Positions 9,186-18,285 of a DNA stretch of 64,000 bases are shown piece by piece. Position numbers and translations under genes: made by a program. The notes beneath the pieces were generated by a model. It saw only the letters and a program-made list of their open reading frames with translations. It had not been told where the DNA came from and ran no database searches. The stretch's first letter is position 1. The number at the start of each line of letters is the position of its first letter. This DNA is from Patescibacteria group bacterium (GTDB lineage: Bacteria; Patescibacteriota; Minisyncoccia; Minisyncoccales; JAHCRE01), in assembly GCA_020148145.1 (NCBI GenBank), contig JAHCRE010000016.1, positions 164,827 to 228,826 on the forward strand, written 5' to 3'.

Positions 9186-12100
9186 TTACTCAGGATTGAC
9201 GAATGAACCTGCGAAAATATCGCCACGGAAGACGATTACACCTTCAGAAAGATTTCCTTCACCATCAATACCAAACTTACAATTAGCGTTATTACCATCA
9301 TCTAACCAGAGTTGAAGAGTATCACCATTGGCTTCAAAGTCAGTGGTATCACCGTAAACTTTCAGTTGCTTGGTTAGACCAGCAGGAACAGTAAAAGCAT
9401 TAGTGGAACCAGTATTATCCTCAAAGAGGAAAGTTACACTACCACTAGTATTCAACTGGTCATCCTCTACAGTAACTGAAGAAAGCTGAGTACCATCTCC
9501 ATCCTTCAAATACCAAGTACTAGAGCTTCCATCACTATTGGATGCATAAGCATTAATCTGTACGATTAGCTGATTTGAATCAGTATCTTCAAAGGTAATA
9601 TCCTCAGTATCTTCAGCAGTTACGTCAAAGGTAGCCAATAAGGTCTGTGAGCTAGGTATCAAGTTACCGGAAGGTGAAGCAGAGTTAACAGCAAAGTATG
9701 GCCTGCTTTCGAAGGCATACATCGTATTACCAGCAACACTATCATCTGAATTGGCTTCTGCACCTGAGGCTAAACCAGTGGATTCAATGATATAAGTGCT
9801 TCCATCAAAACCTACTTGAACGTCACCGTCGTCAGTCAAGGTTAAACCATAACCAACTTGGTTCAGCAAACCTTTCACCGTAAGTTCAACATGGCCGTTA
9901 GCTGGAACAGTTACTGTACCATCACTAATAGCTACATAATTAGTTGTGCCTCCCTGAGCTGTCTGAATTGGAGTATCAGCTGAAACTCCATCAGAACGAG
10001 CACTGCTGTAGAAGTAGTAAGTATTTACATAATTACCACCTGTAACACTGATATATATACTATCCAAATCTAGGTCTTCTATCTCGGTAGCAGCTAACCT
10101 AAAGACAGCCAAAGTAGATGTCTTTTGACCAATGATTATGTCAGAAGTAGGCGAAGAAGCATCCTTAGTAACGGTTAATTCACCACTGGCTTTTACGGTC
10201 ATTCCCTGACCAGGACCAGATGGAGTAACAGTAATACTCGCTCCAGTGTCAGCACCTGTAGCTGTTACAGCAGAAATGTCAATCGTGTGAATATCATCAG
10301 TGGTTGCCCCAGTAGAAAGATCACCAACAAAGGCAATCTTTATATAGGTTCCTTTTGGAACAGTAATGGTCTGAGTTAAACTGAAAGCTTGGGAACCACT
10401 ACCAGCGGCTGTTGGGAACTCTGTGTCACTAACTTTGGTTTCATAGATGTCGCCTCTTGCACTATTCTCTGTAGTTAAATCAGCCCAGATTTCGCAGTTA
10501 TCAATATCAACAAATCCTCCTGTGCCAGTCCCTGTTCTGGTGTCAGTAACTGTTATGGAAGTAACATTGACATCTTCACCAGAGGTACCAGCACTGAGAG
10601 AACCAGTCATCCAAACAAAATCATGGATACCTTTGGCCACATTTCTAGCTTGTGGCTCGGTCAAAGTGGTAGCTAGCAAGGCTCCGGCAGCTACTGTCTG
10701 ACGATTTCCCTCAATCGCAGTAGTAGGTGATGGGGTTATTGACTCATTAGTGGTCATTCCCTTAGCCGTAATGTCAGAGTCAGGAGTGTCAATACCAGTT
10801 TCTACATAGTCATCAGTTTCGCAGGCAGAGGCAATCTTTGCCTTTACTGTATATTGGTGAGTACCAACTGGAACAATAAAGGTGTCAGTGAAGTCTACAT
10901 CATTAGTATCAGCAGCGTCTTTGGGTCCACAAACAATGCCTCCATCTTCATCATAAACTTTTATATTGGTCAACTCGTCATAAGTCATACTACCAAAATC
11001 AAAGTCAATATGAAGGGCTGAAATCTTAACTTCCTCACCCCGAGCATAAAAGTCAAAAACAGTCAATTCCTGATCACTAGATGGAGCAATATTACCTGTA
11101 GCTGGAGTGTCTGCTGATATGGAAATAGTCAAGGATCCTTCCTGGATGTTTTGGTCAGTTCCTTTACCAGTTCCTGTACCTAGCCAAGTACCGCTGGAAG
11201 GAGTGATATAAAAGCCGTAGGTGTTACCCTTCACGGTCATTAAAACATCACTGCCATCAACTAAGTCAGCATTAATAGTTAGACCAGAACCACCAACTAT
11301 ATCTAACATCACCTTGAACCTATGGGTTTCTCCTTTGTCAACCACAATGTCTAAATCGGGCCAACTGGCTTTACCTTCTGAATTCCAGCTAGCAACGGTA
11401 CCTAAGCTCTTGCTGTCGGTGACACTGTAGAGTTCAATGTCAGTGGTATCATCCAAAGCAGCAGTTCCAGCTTCCATCACGGTAATTTGCTCAATAGTGA
11501 TGGCTTCCGTTGAACCTGCACTTACTTTAAAGGCAAGTACCTTAACATCGGTATCTCCAATATCTGGTGTGGAATCAACAGTAGTCTCTTCATCTACATC
11601 GGCTGAACCAATAGTTATGCTTACAAAAGTCATTGTATTCCCAGTTACTGGGAAACTACCAGTAATCTCTGAAGCATCAGAAGTTATGTCGTCAGCTGAA
11701 CCAATACCCAAAGCTGCTGTGTTACCAGCAGGAGCAGTAGTAGTAGACTCAACGACTCCAGCTCTAATGTAAAAACTCCTACTTGTTCCGGCTGAAATTA
11801 CTAAATTCGGAACAAAAGTAATCATTGCTCGGTTATCAACATTCAAGCTGCCAAGACTACCGTGATAAACCCCGGTACTAACATCAACAATTTTAATGTT
11901 CTCTATGGCAGAATTAGATGATAAACCTGAGCGAGTTACATAGATCTTGGAGATAGAAACATCCCCTTCAGAACCAGCTGTCAGAGTAAACTTAGTGAAG
12001 TTGGCATTGGCGTTATTAGCCACACTGGCTGCAGCTGAAGTGTCAGCAGCTAAAGCAACACCCAAACCAGCAGCAACTGGAGGAACTTCCTCTTTAACAC

Positions 12101-12605
12101 ATTCTTCTGCTGTACAGACATAACCTGTTGGGCAATCAGCATCAGTGGTACATTCTACTGGAATAGCACACAAATCATCATAGGCAGCCTGAGATTTAGG
12201 ACCAAAGTAGCCCCACCAATCTCCGTATTCTACACCATTGGCATCTTGCCAGGCCTTAACGGCTGCCCGGGTAAGAGGACCAAAGTATGTGGTCTCTGAA
12301 CCAGGTGAACCAGGACCGGAGTCAGCCAAGGTGTAACCCGTGTCGTTCAAGTATTCCTGCAAACACTTTACATCATCTCCACTCATCTCAGGATAGAGAT
12401 TCCGAGTAAAGGTACAAGGACAAACACCAGGTGGAGCTTCTCCTTTAAGGTCTGCTAATTGGGACTGCAAAGATGATAATTGCGCCAACAGAGCAGCAAT
12501 TTGAGCCTCTAATTCCTCAATGGTTACAGCCATAACCGGACTTACAGCCCAAACTAAAACAGTTAAAACCGTGGCAATCGATACAATCTTTTTTAATAAA
12601 CTCAT
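9186..12605 (-). CDS. Large cell-surface protein with signal peptide, coiled coil, peptidoglycan-binding (PG_binding_1-like) domain and a long Thr/Ser/Gly/Asp-rich beta-rich region (S-layer/adhesin-like)
   Basis: N-terminal TM/signal, EELEAQIAALLAQLSSLQSQLADLKGE coiled coil, CLQEYLNDTGY...GPLTRAAVKAWQDANGVE PG-binding-like segment, then about 950 aa of low-complexity T/S/G/D-rich sequence. The coding GC is far above the genome background. Confidence 0.6.
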   Translation of the reverse strand: MSLLKKIVSIATVLTVLVWAVSPVMAVTIEELEAQIAALLAQLSSLQSQLADLKGEAPPGVCPCTFTRNLYPEMSGDDVKCLQEYLNDTGYTLADSGPGSPGSETTYFGPLTRAAVKAWQDANGVEYGDWWGYFGPKSQAAYDDLCAIPVECTTDADCPTGYVCTAEECVKEEVPPVAAGLGVALAADTSAAASVANNANANFTKFTLTAGSEGDVSISKIYVTRSGLSSNSAIENIKIVDVSTGVYHGSLGSLNVDNRAMITFVPNLVISAGTSRSFYIRAGVVESTTTAPAGNTAALGIGSADDITSDASEITGSFPVTGNTMTFVSITIGSADVDEETTVDSTPDIGDTDVKVLAFKVSAGSTEAITIEQITVMEAGTAALDDTTDIELYSVTDSKSLGTVASWNSEGKASWPDLDIVVDKGETHRFKVMLDIVGGSGLTINADLVDGSDVLMTVKGNTYGFYITPSSGTWLGTGTGKGTDQNIQEGSLTISISADTPATGNIAPSSDQELTVFDFYARGEEVKISALHIDFDFGSMTYDELTNIKVYDEDGGIVCGPKDAADTNDVDFTDTFIVPVGTHQYTVKAKIASACETDDYVETGIDTPDSDITAKGMTTNESITPSPTTAIEGNRQTVAAGALLATTLTEPQARNVAKGIHDFVWMTGSLSAGTSGEDVNVTSITVTDTRTGTGTGGFVDIDNCEIWADLTTENSARGDIYETKVSDTEFPTAAGSGSQAFSLTQTITVPKGTYIKIAFVGDLSTGATTDDIHTIDISAVTATGADTGASITVTPSGPGQGMTVKASGELTVTKDASSPTSDIIIGQKTSTLAVFRLAATEIEDLDLDSIYISVTGGNYVNTYYFYSSARSDGVSADTPIQTAQGGTTNYVAISDGTVTVPANGHVELTVKGLLNQVGYGLTLTDDGDVQVGFDGSTYIIESTGLASGAEANSDDSVAGNTMYAFESRPYFAVNSASPSGNLIPSSQTLLATFDVTAEDTEDITFEDTDSNQLIVQINAYASNSDGSSSTWYLKDGDGTQLSSVTVEDDQLNTSGSVTFLFEDNTGSTNAFTVPAGLTKQLKVYGDTTDFEANGDTLQLWLDDGNNANCKFGIDGEGNLSEGVIVFRGDIFAGSFVNPE

Positions 12606-12780
12606 TTTTCTCTTTTTTAATTTTTATTTAATTTTTGTCGCGTCGACCTTGATCTCGCGACCTTACGTATTAGTCACGAGTTTATCCCGTACCTCCTCCA
12701 CCAAATTTTGGCTGGGGGATGGTGTGGGGTCACGACTTTCTAATTTTTTAATATAAATGATAATTGATAGTTAAGCAACT

Positions 12781-13500
12781 TTATTCCTGTGGATAACTCA
12801 AGAACAGGATTTTTTCAAGGGCCTGCCCAAAATCTCCGACTTCAGAATCTTCTTTCGCTTCTTCAAAAAGTTTTAGCTGTTCATCGGTTAAAGTCTGATT
12901 TTCCAAATCCTTAATAAGAAGTTCAGCTATTGGTTCATATAGATCTTCTGGCTCTCTATCTTCACCAATTACTATTCCATGAGATTTTAAATTTTGAATA
13001 TTTCCTTCTAATTTTTTAATCTCAGGAACTATTTTCCGAGCCTCTTCGGGTTCTCTTATTTTAGCTAAATTTTTAGCCGCCTCGGAGACATTGGCCTGAT
13101 ACTCTTCAATGGCTGGAGCCAATTTTTTAATCTGGTTTGTTTCAGTAATTCTGATTAATTCCTCTAATCTTTTGTTGGCAAATTCAAGTTGAACTCTTGG
13201 TTTTTCCTCTCGGGAAACAAAAATTGCCCGGGTTTTTTCAGCAATCTTTTTTAGAGGGAAAATAAAGTCACCGGGCAAAGAATTTTTGGCAAAAACAAAA
13301 GTTCCAATTAAAACTCCCAGAACAACCAAAGTAGCCAAGGCAGGTTTGTATTGAGCCCCCCACCTTAGAAAAACAGAGAACAGTTCTCTGTAACTTGGCT
13401 GTTCGCCTAAAATTTCCTTTTTAGTCAAAACAACCCAGTCTTTTCTGGGTCGAATCTGGCGAAGTTTTCGAATTTTGCCAATGAGTTCTTTTTCAGTCAT
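12781..13500 (-). CDS. Membrane-anchored DUF5667-like protein, putative anti-sigma factor
   Basis: MTEKELIGKIRKLRQIRPRKDWVVL N-terminus, one TM, helical C-terminal domain; located immediately downstream of the ECF sigma factor gene. Confidence 0.45.
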   Translation of the reverse strand: MTEKELIGKIRKLRQIRPRKDWVVLTKKEILGEQPSYRELFSVFLRWGAQYKPALATLVVLGVLIGTFVFAKNSLPGDFIFPLKKIAEKTRAIFVSREEKPRVQLEFANKRLEELIRITETNQIKKLAPAIEEYQANVSEAAKNLAKIREPEEARKIVPEIKKLEGNIQNLKSHGIVIGEDREPEDLYEPIAELLIKDLENQTLTDEQLKLFEEAKEDSEVGDFGQALEKILFLSYPQE

Positions 13501-13537
13501 CCTAATAAGTATGACGGAAAAAATAGCCCTTTTATTA

Positions 13538-13566
13538 CACCCCGTTAGAAAATTTTTCTAACGGGG
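13538..13566. repeat. Intact perfect palindrome ccccgttagaaaatttttctaacgggg; the same 13-nt half-sites flank the GIY-YIG gene at 4385/4717
   Basis: Direct reading of the sequence; 10-bp arms plus an A/T centre. Related half-sites gtttctaacggtcg and gtttctaatggtcg also occur in repeats R1 and R2. Confidence 0.8.
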
Positions 13567-13675
13567 TTACAGTAAATTTACCCGGTAGAGCAACTTCGAC
13601 TTTCCCTTCCCAATAATTCTTGAATTCTCAGTCATACTTTGTGTTTTTCTTTTAGAAAAACACCTGTCGAAGTTG

Positions 13676-14176
13676 TCATACTGGGTTTAACTTATTTTTT
13701 AGGGCTTTTAAGGCCCGGTGGAGCATCACTCTCACCGCTCCTTCCGATTTATCTAGGATTTTAGCAATCTCTGGGATAGATAAATCATCTAAATACCGAT
13801 AAATAATCACATCTTGGTAGTCCTCTTTTAGGTTAGCAAGAACCAGCCTGATCTGTTTAAGATCCGAGTTTAAGTAAGCTTCTTCTTCCAGATTTACCCG
13901 AGGATCAATTATTCGGATATTTTCAGTCGAAACTATCCGGGCTTTGTCTCTTTCTCGATAAAAATCAACTATCAAATTCCGGGCAATTTGATATAAGAAG
14001 GCTGGTGGGTTTTCAATTTCCCTTTGATTTTTAAAGGCCCTCCAGCCCCGTAAAAAGGTCTCCGAACATAAATCTTCGGCGATTTCCTGAGAACTCACCT
14101 TCAAAAAAATAAAACGATATATTTTATTTATATACTCGTCATATATCTTACTGAAAATTTTCCGTGAATTTGCCAT
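13676..14176 (-). CDS. ECF-type RNA polymerase sigma-70 family factor
   Basis: Region 2 (FLYQIARNLIVDFYRERDK) and region 4 HTH (IPEIAKILDKSEGAVRVMLHRALKALK); 166 aa. Confidence 0.8.
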   Translation of the reverse strand: MANSRKIFSKIYDEYINKIYRFIFLKVSSQEIAEDLCSETFLRGWRAFKNQREIENPPAFLYQIARNLIVDFYRERDKARIVSTENIRIIDPRVNLEEEAYLNSDLKQIRLVLANLKEDYQDVIIYRYLDDLSIPEIAKILDKSEGAVRVMLHRALKALKNKLNPV

Positions 14177-14203
14177 AACATTAGGTTAGGACATAATGTC
14201 CTA

Positions 14204-14806
14204 TCATTGTCCGAACTCATACATATATCTATCCTCCCCTTTTAGTCGATAAAAAGTATAGTTTCTCTCCCCTATTCTTTCAATTAAGCCTTGCTCTAAA
14301 AGAGAACGGAAATCTCTTCTTAAAGTTCTCTTGCTTACATCAGGAAAAACTTGAACCAACTCCCCAACCTGCACTTTTCCCCTTTCTTTTAGAATCGCCA
14401 AGATTTTTTGATGTCTACCAGAAACCTCCGGAGGAAGGCTTATTTCTGGACTAACTTTTTCTTCTTTAAATGTTTCTTTTTTTTCTGCTTCTTTCAACTT
14501 TTCTATTTCACCCCCTATCTTACTATATTCTTCCTGAACCTCCAAGATGTCATAGGGGCTGACCCAATTTTGGGCCTTAGCTACTTCAAGAAAACTATCT
14601 AAAATTTCGAGATTTCTTCCGGTTTCAGCGATTAAATTTTTAGGACTATGAGAATCACCCCTAAGAATTGAAATTAAATTGGCTAAAATTTCATCAGCCA
14701 ATCCTCTTACTTTATACCTCAAAGCTTCTTTTTTAGGAAAGAGTAAAGTTAGCCGATAAAGATTTGATGTAAGTTGGATAAAATATTCTTTATCCATAAT
14801 CCACAA
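14204..14806 (-). CDS. Transcriptional regulator: N-terminal four-helix-bundle-like domain plus C-terminal DeoR-type winged HTH
   Basis: The C-terminus HQKILAILKERGKVQVGELVQVFPDVSKRTLRRDFRSLLEQGLIER is a DeoR-like HTH. Confidence 0.5.
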   Translation of the reverse strand: MWIMDKEYFIQLTSNLYRLTLLFPKKEALRYKVRGLADEILANLISILRGDSHSPKNLIAETGRNLEILDSFLEVAKAQNWVSPYDILEVQEEYSKIGGEIEKLKEAEKKETFKEEKVSPEISLPPEVSGRHQKILAILKERGKVQVGELVQVFPDVSKRTLRRDFRSLLEQGLIERIGERNYTFYRLKGEDRYMYEFGQ

Positions 14807-14850
14807 TTAACAGTTTAAAATACTATACCAAAAGTCGCTCCGCTTTTCCA

Positions 14851-15030
14851 GCCCAGAGGGCTGGCCCCCGCCCTTTAGAAGAAAGGGCGGGGTTCGCTCC
14901 GCTCTTTAGACACCTCTCGGTTTCTAACGGTCGCCTAGGACGACCTGTTTTCCTACACAGAGCGATACCCAATCTCCCCGACCCCCTCTGTGCTTTTTGC
15001 TAAAATAAATTTTACCAAAAATAAAAACCT
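14851..15030. repeat. R1: ~175-bp GC-rich structured repeat, 98% identical to R2
   Basis: Near-identical to 16281-16465. Contains the hairpins ccagccc/gggctgg and ccccgcccttt...aaagggcgggg, a gtttctaacgg half-site and a terminator-like cacagag...ctctgtgcttttt. Confidence 0.85.
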
Positions 15031-15257
15031 GTTGCAACAGAACTTTGCAACAGAACTTTAATTTCTCACTTCGCTCGAAATTAAAAAAAGAGGTCAAAAT
15101 ACTCTACAAGTATGGTAGTAGTCACCCTAAAATCACTACAACCACCGCGCCTCTTATGTTTCTTTGTTCCACGGCTTACTTTCTCGTCTTTGCGAATTGC
15201 ACGGTGAAGGAGGTCAAAAAATTCCTTCTTTTGTGGGTGTTCCTGTTTCATAAATAA

Positions 15258-15800
15258 TTACTCTTTTATTTCAGGATGCGTGCCTAAATAATAATCTCTT
15301 AGGGGTATAGCACCCGCTCTTAAAATTTGTCCAAAATCTATTCCTTTATTGAAGGCATAAGTTTTTATCGAGGCAAATGGTTCATAATCTACTAAACTAT
15401 CCATTAAGCTTCTCGCATTTTCTTGAATATCATATTTTGTTTTATTAGGATACACTGATAATTTTCTTGCAAGATTATCTTTTTCTCTTTCAAAAATATC
15501 ATCAAAACCACTTTCTCTTAATAAAGTTTTACCGAACTCTGTAAGGGTCAATCGGCTACCTGTTTTATAAATTTTACTATCTATAAATTTCTGAGCATTA
15601 ACCTTAAACTCTAATAATTTATCTACATCACTTCTTAATTTTTCAATTTTAGTGCAAGCTTTATCTTTTTCTTGAATCAAATTATCCACCTTTTCTTTAT
15701 ATCTTCCTATAGTAATAGAGGCGGTGATTGCTCCTATAACTGCCGCGATAATTAAATTTATTATAAAAATTATTATTATTACCAAAGTATCTGAAATCAT
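15258..15800 (-). CDS. Hypothetical membrane-anchored protein (N-terminal TM, coiled coil)
   Basis: 180-aa ORF between R1 and R2; no recognisable domain. Confidence 0.4.
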   Translation of the reverse strand: MISDTLVIIIIFIINLIIAAVIGAITASITIGRYKEKVDNLIQEKDKACTKIEKLRSDVDKLLEFKVNAQKFIDSKIYKTGSRLTLTEFGKTLLRESGFDDIFEREKDNLARKLSVYPNKTKYDIQENARSLMDSLVDYEPFASIKTYAFNKGIDFGQILRAGAIPLRDYYLGTHPEIKE

Positions 15801-15913
15801 AATGGCTTTGTTTTTATTTTAGTCTATTATACCTACATCTTAACAAATATCAAAAAAGTTGTTAAGGTGCAAATATAAAGGTCGAATTATAAATAATAAT
15901 CTTTAAAAGTAAT

Positions 15914-16195
15914 ATGAATAGAAAAATCCCCCCTATAGCTAAAAGTTTTACTCTACGTCAATTCACTATTATAAAACCCACAAATCAGAAGATGGTTGAT
16001 GTAAGATTTTTTGATGGTAAAAACCCTTTTAAATCAAAATGTATAGGCGGTATCTCGCTCTCACCTCAACTCTTTATCTCCTTTATCAGTATGTTTCTGA
16101 AGTTTTCTAAAGAAAATCGGGCATTCTTTGAAGGTGTAAAAGTTCCAAGAGATTTAGGCAAACTTTCCAGCCCTGACGAATTCCCTTCTGAATAA
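15914..16195 (+). CDS. Hypothetical protein
   Basis: 93-aa ORF on the plus strand between R1 and R2; weak support. Confidence 0.2.
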   Translation: MNRKIPPIAKSFTLRQFTIIKPTNQKMVDVRFFDGKNPFKSKCIGGISLSPQLFISFISMFLKFSKENRAFFEGVKVPRDLGKLSSPDEFPSE

Positions 16196-16280
16196 GAAGT
16201 TAGGTGCTTTTCATTGCCTAAATATATTTGATTTTTGAGTGTTTTTTTTCATAATTTTTACTTGTTGTGAAGATATACTC

Positions 16281-16465
16281 GCCAGAGGGCTGGCCCCCGC
16301 CCTTTTGAAGAAAGGGCGGGGTTCGCTCCGCTCTTTAGACACCTCTCGGTTTCTAATGGTCGCCTAGGACGACCTGTTTTCCTACACAGAGCGATACCCA
16401 ATCTCCCCGACCCCCTCTGTGCTTTTTGCTAAAATAAATTTTACCAAAAAATAAAAAAGAGGTCA
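16281..16465. repeat. R2: second copy of the ~175-bp GC-rich structured repeat
   Basis: See R1; differs from R1 at only 3-4 positions. Confidence 0.85.
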
Positions 16466-16821
16466 AAACACCTTTTTCAACAAGGTAACAGTCACCTTTC
16501 AGTTTAATAGCAAAATTGGATTTGGCACGATTTTGATCAAATTAGCTTCAAATTTTAACAGGGTGACAGTCACCTAGTCAGTGGCAACTAATCACCGAGA
16601 AATATTGTTCCTTCTTCCCCATCTTGGTGTCCTACTCCTCCCTGAGCCTGGATGATTCCTTGAAAATCGCTGGATTGGTAATAAATCGCAATCCTTCCGC
16701 CGAATCGTGGACGACATTAGAACCTATTGGATGATTGCGAAAGAGGTTGTTTCTATACCAAATTATAGTTAGTGAGGTGAGGGACGGACGATGTTAGAAC
16801 CTGTTTGGTTCGGTAAAAGTT

Positions 16822-17328
16822 TTAATCTTTCCGTCCCACAACTATATAAACCGTGTCTGCTTGTAGTGATCCTCCGATTGAACTTGGTTTAACCTCACCA
16901 GAACGCAAGTCTATACCAACTTCGTTAAAGGTTTGACTAATTAAATTTACAACTGAATCCATATTTTTTCCTGTTACAAAAATCTTAAGAAAACCTGTAT
17001 AGTCATTTAAAGAAGTTTGATTTGTTGGAAGGACATTCCATCCAGCATCTTTAAACACCGAAGCAATCTCCTCTGCAAAATCTAAACTCTCTCCGTCCAA
17101 AAGACGACTTACCAGACCTACTTTACCTTTCTTTTTTGATAAGGTAACGGTAAGCTGATTTTTTTGACTAATTGATAAATGTCTTGGTTGAACTTTTTTT
17201 AGTTCTTGTTGAAATTCTTTTTCTATCTTTTTATTAATATAAATCTGACCAATTGTTCCAATTGCTGAAAGAATTATCCCAAGAATTATTAATCCATTAA
17301 AGATTGTTTGGAGATTATTAGCAGTCAT
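16822..17328 (-). CDS. Hypothetical N-terminally TM-anchored protein
   Basis: 168 aa; one TM then a soluble domain; followed 3' by the motif gggacggacgatgttagaacctgtt, which also occurs at 16708 and 17363. Confidence 0.4.
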   Translation of the reverse strand: MTANNLQTIFNGLIILGIILSAIGTIGQIYINKKIEKEFQQELKKVQPRHLSISQKNQLTVTLSKKKGKVGLVSRLLDGESLDFAEEIASVFKDAGWNVLPTNQTSLNDYTGFLKIFVTGKNMDSVVNLISQTFNEVGIDLRSGEVKPSSIGGSLQADTVYIVVGRKD

Positions 17329-17431
17329 AAATTTCTTAGTTTCTTATAAAAATTTAGCGGTTCCGAGGGACGGACGACATTAGAACCTATTTTATGGCCA
17401 AAAAAAGGTTAATTAAGATACCGAGTCATAC

Positions 17432-18172
17432 TTAAAATAATCGGTCAACCATCTCAGCAGATTCATCTTGCCCTCCTTTAACTTTTATAATCATCCCGAA
17501 TGATTTATTTTTAGGCATTTTTATCCAGTTTTTAGCCAAAAACCAAGCCGCTCCGCTTGTTCCCCACTCTCCAAGACCAGCAACAGCAATCCATACCCTA
17601 TTTGGAAAATTCTTCGGTATAATCTTTATAATGAAAGCATAATCATAAGTGCCATCTATTGAGAATTTCTTTTCTTCATTTTTTTTAGTAATAATAGCCA
17701 TCTCGGGGCCACTTGCATCAAAATCATAAAACACATTCTCTTCGTTTTGTAAAACATCTTTTGTTTTTAAATTGTTTAAACCGCCAATTGAACAAAATGA
17801 TATATCTAACTTATCCTCTATTTCTTCGTCAGAAATCAACTTCGGCGAAATATGAACAATTTTCCCGAAGGTTTCGGAAAGATATTTCACAGACCTTGTT
17901 TCTGCAAAAGAAACAACCGAAGATACTCTAAAACCACTGCCAGATTTATGATAATAAGGCCATTTTCTAATATCGCCCTTTTCATCGTAACAAGGTAAAA
18001 GCCTCATTTGGCCGTAAGTTAGGATAAAATTATCTATTGAATCTTTCCCAAATACACCTTTAAAACTACATTTATAATATCTTTTTTTAATTTCTGAATA
18101 AATCCAACCAAAAACTAAAACCGCGGCACCGCCAATGATGTTGTATATAATTTGTTCCAAATGATCATTCAT
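17432..18172 (-). CDS. Hypothetical TM-anchored protein with a C-terminal glycine-rich (AVAGLGEWGTSGAAW) putative nucleotide-binding loop
   Basis: 246 aa; no confident family assignment; adjacent to the MTase-Mrr fusion gene. Confidence 0.4.
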   Translation of the reverse strand: MNDHLEQIIYNIIGGAAVLVFGWIYSEIKKRYYKCSFKGVFGKDSIDNFILTYGQMRLLPCYDEKGDIRKWPYYHKSGSGFRVSSVVSFAETRSVKYLSETFGKIVHISPKLISDEEIEDKLDISFCSIGGLNNLKTKDVLQNEENVFYDFDASGPEMAIITKKNEEKKFSIDGTYDYAFIIKIIPKNFPNRVWIAVAGLGEWGTSGAAWFLAKNWIKMPKNKSFGMIIKVKGGQDESAEMVDRLF

Positions 18173-18285
18173 AAATACTCTCTAACTTTTTTCAGTTTAT
18201 CATTTTTTATCCGAAAAACAAGCTGGTTTAAAATAAAAATTGCCCAGCGATGGGCTTTTCTGTTTTTGCTATATACTTATCTTTA

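Noticed and set aside
1940-12756. Plus-strand ORFs antisense to long minus-strand genes (1940..2230, 2579..2818, 3681..3941, 4944..5192, 5276..5590, 10447..10701, 11221..11430, 11437..11772, 12520..12756)
   Set aside because: They are fully embedded antisense to well-supported genes, with low-complexity composition and no motifs. They are shadow ORFs.
12606-12780. A confident ECF-type promoter call upstream of the giant surface protein
   Set aside because: AAAC and CGTAA elements are present, but the spacing (about 12 nt) does not fit the 16-17-nt ECF spacer. No promoter feature was called.
13538-13566. Interpreting the palindrome ccccgttagaaaatttttctaacgggg purely as an intrinsic terminator between the sigma and anti-sigma genes
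   Set aside because: This is not rejected outright, since it would fold as a terminator. However, identical half-sites flank the GIY-YIG gene and recur in R1 and R2, which makes a simple terminator role insufficient, so it is reported as a finding instead.
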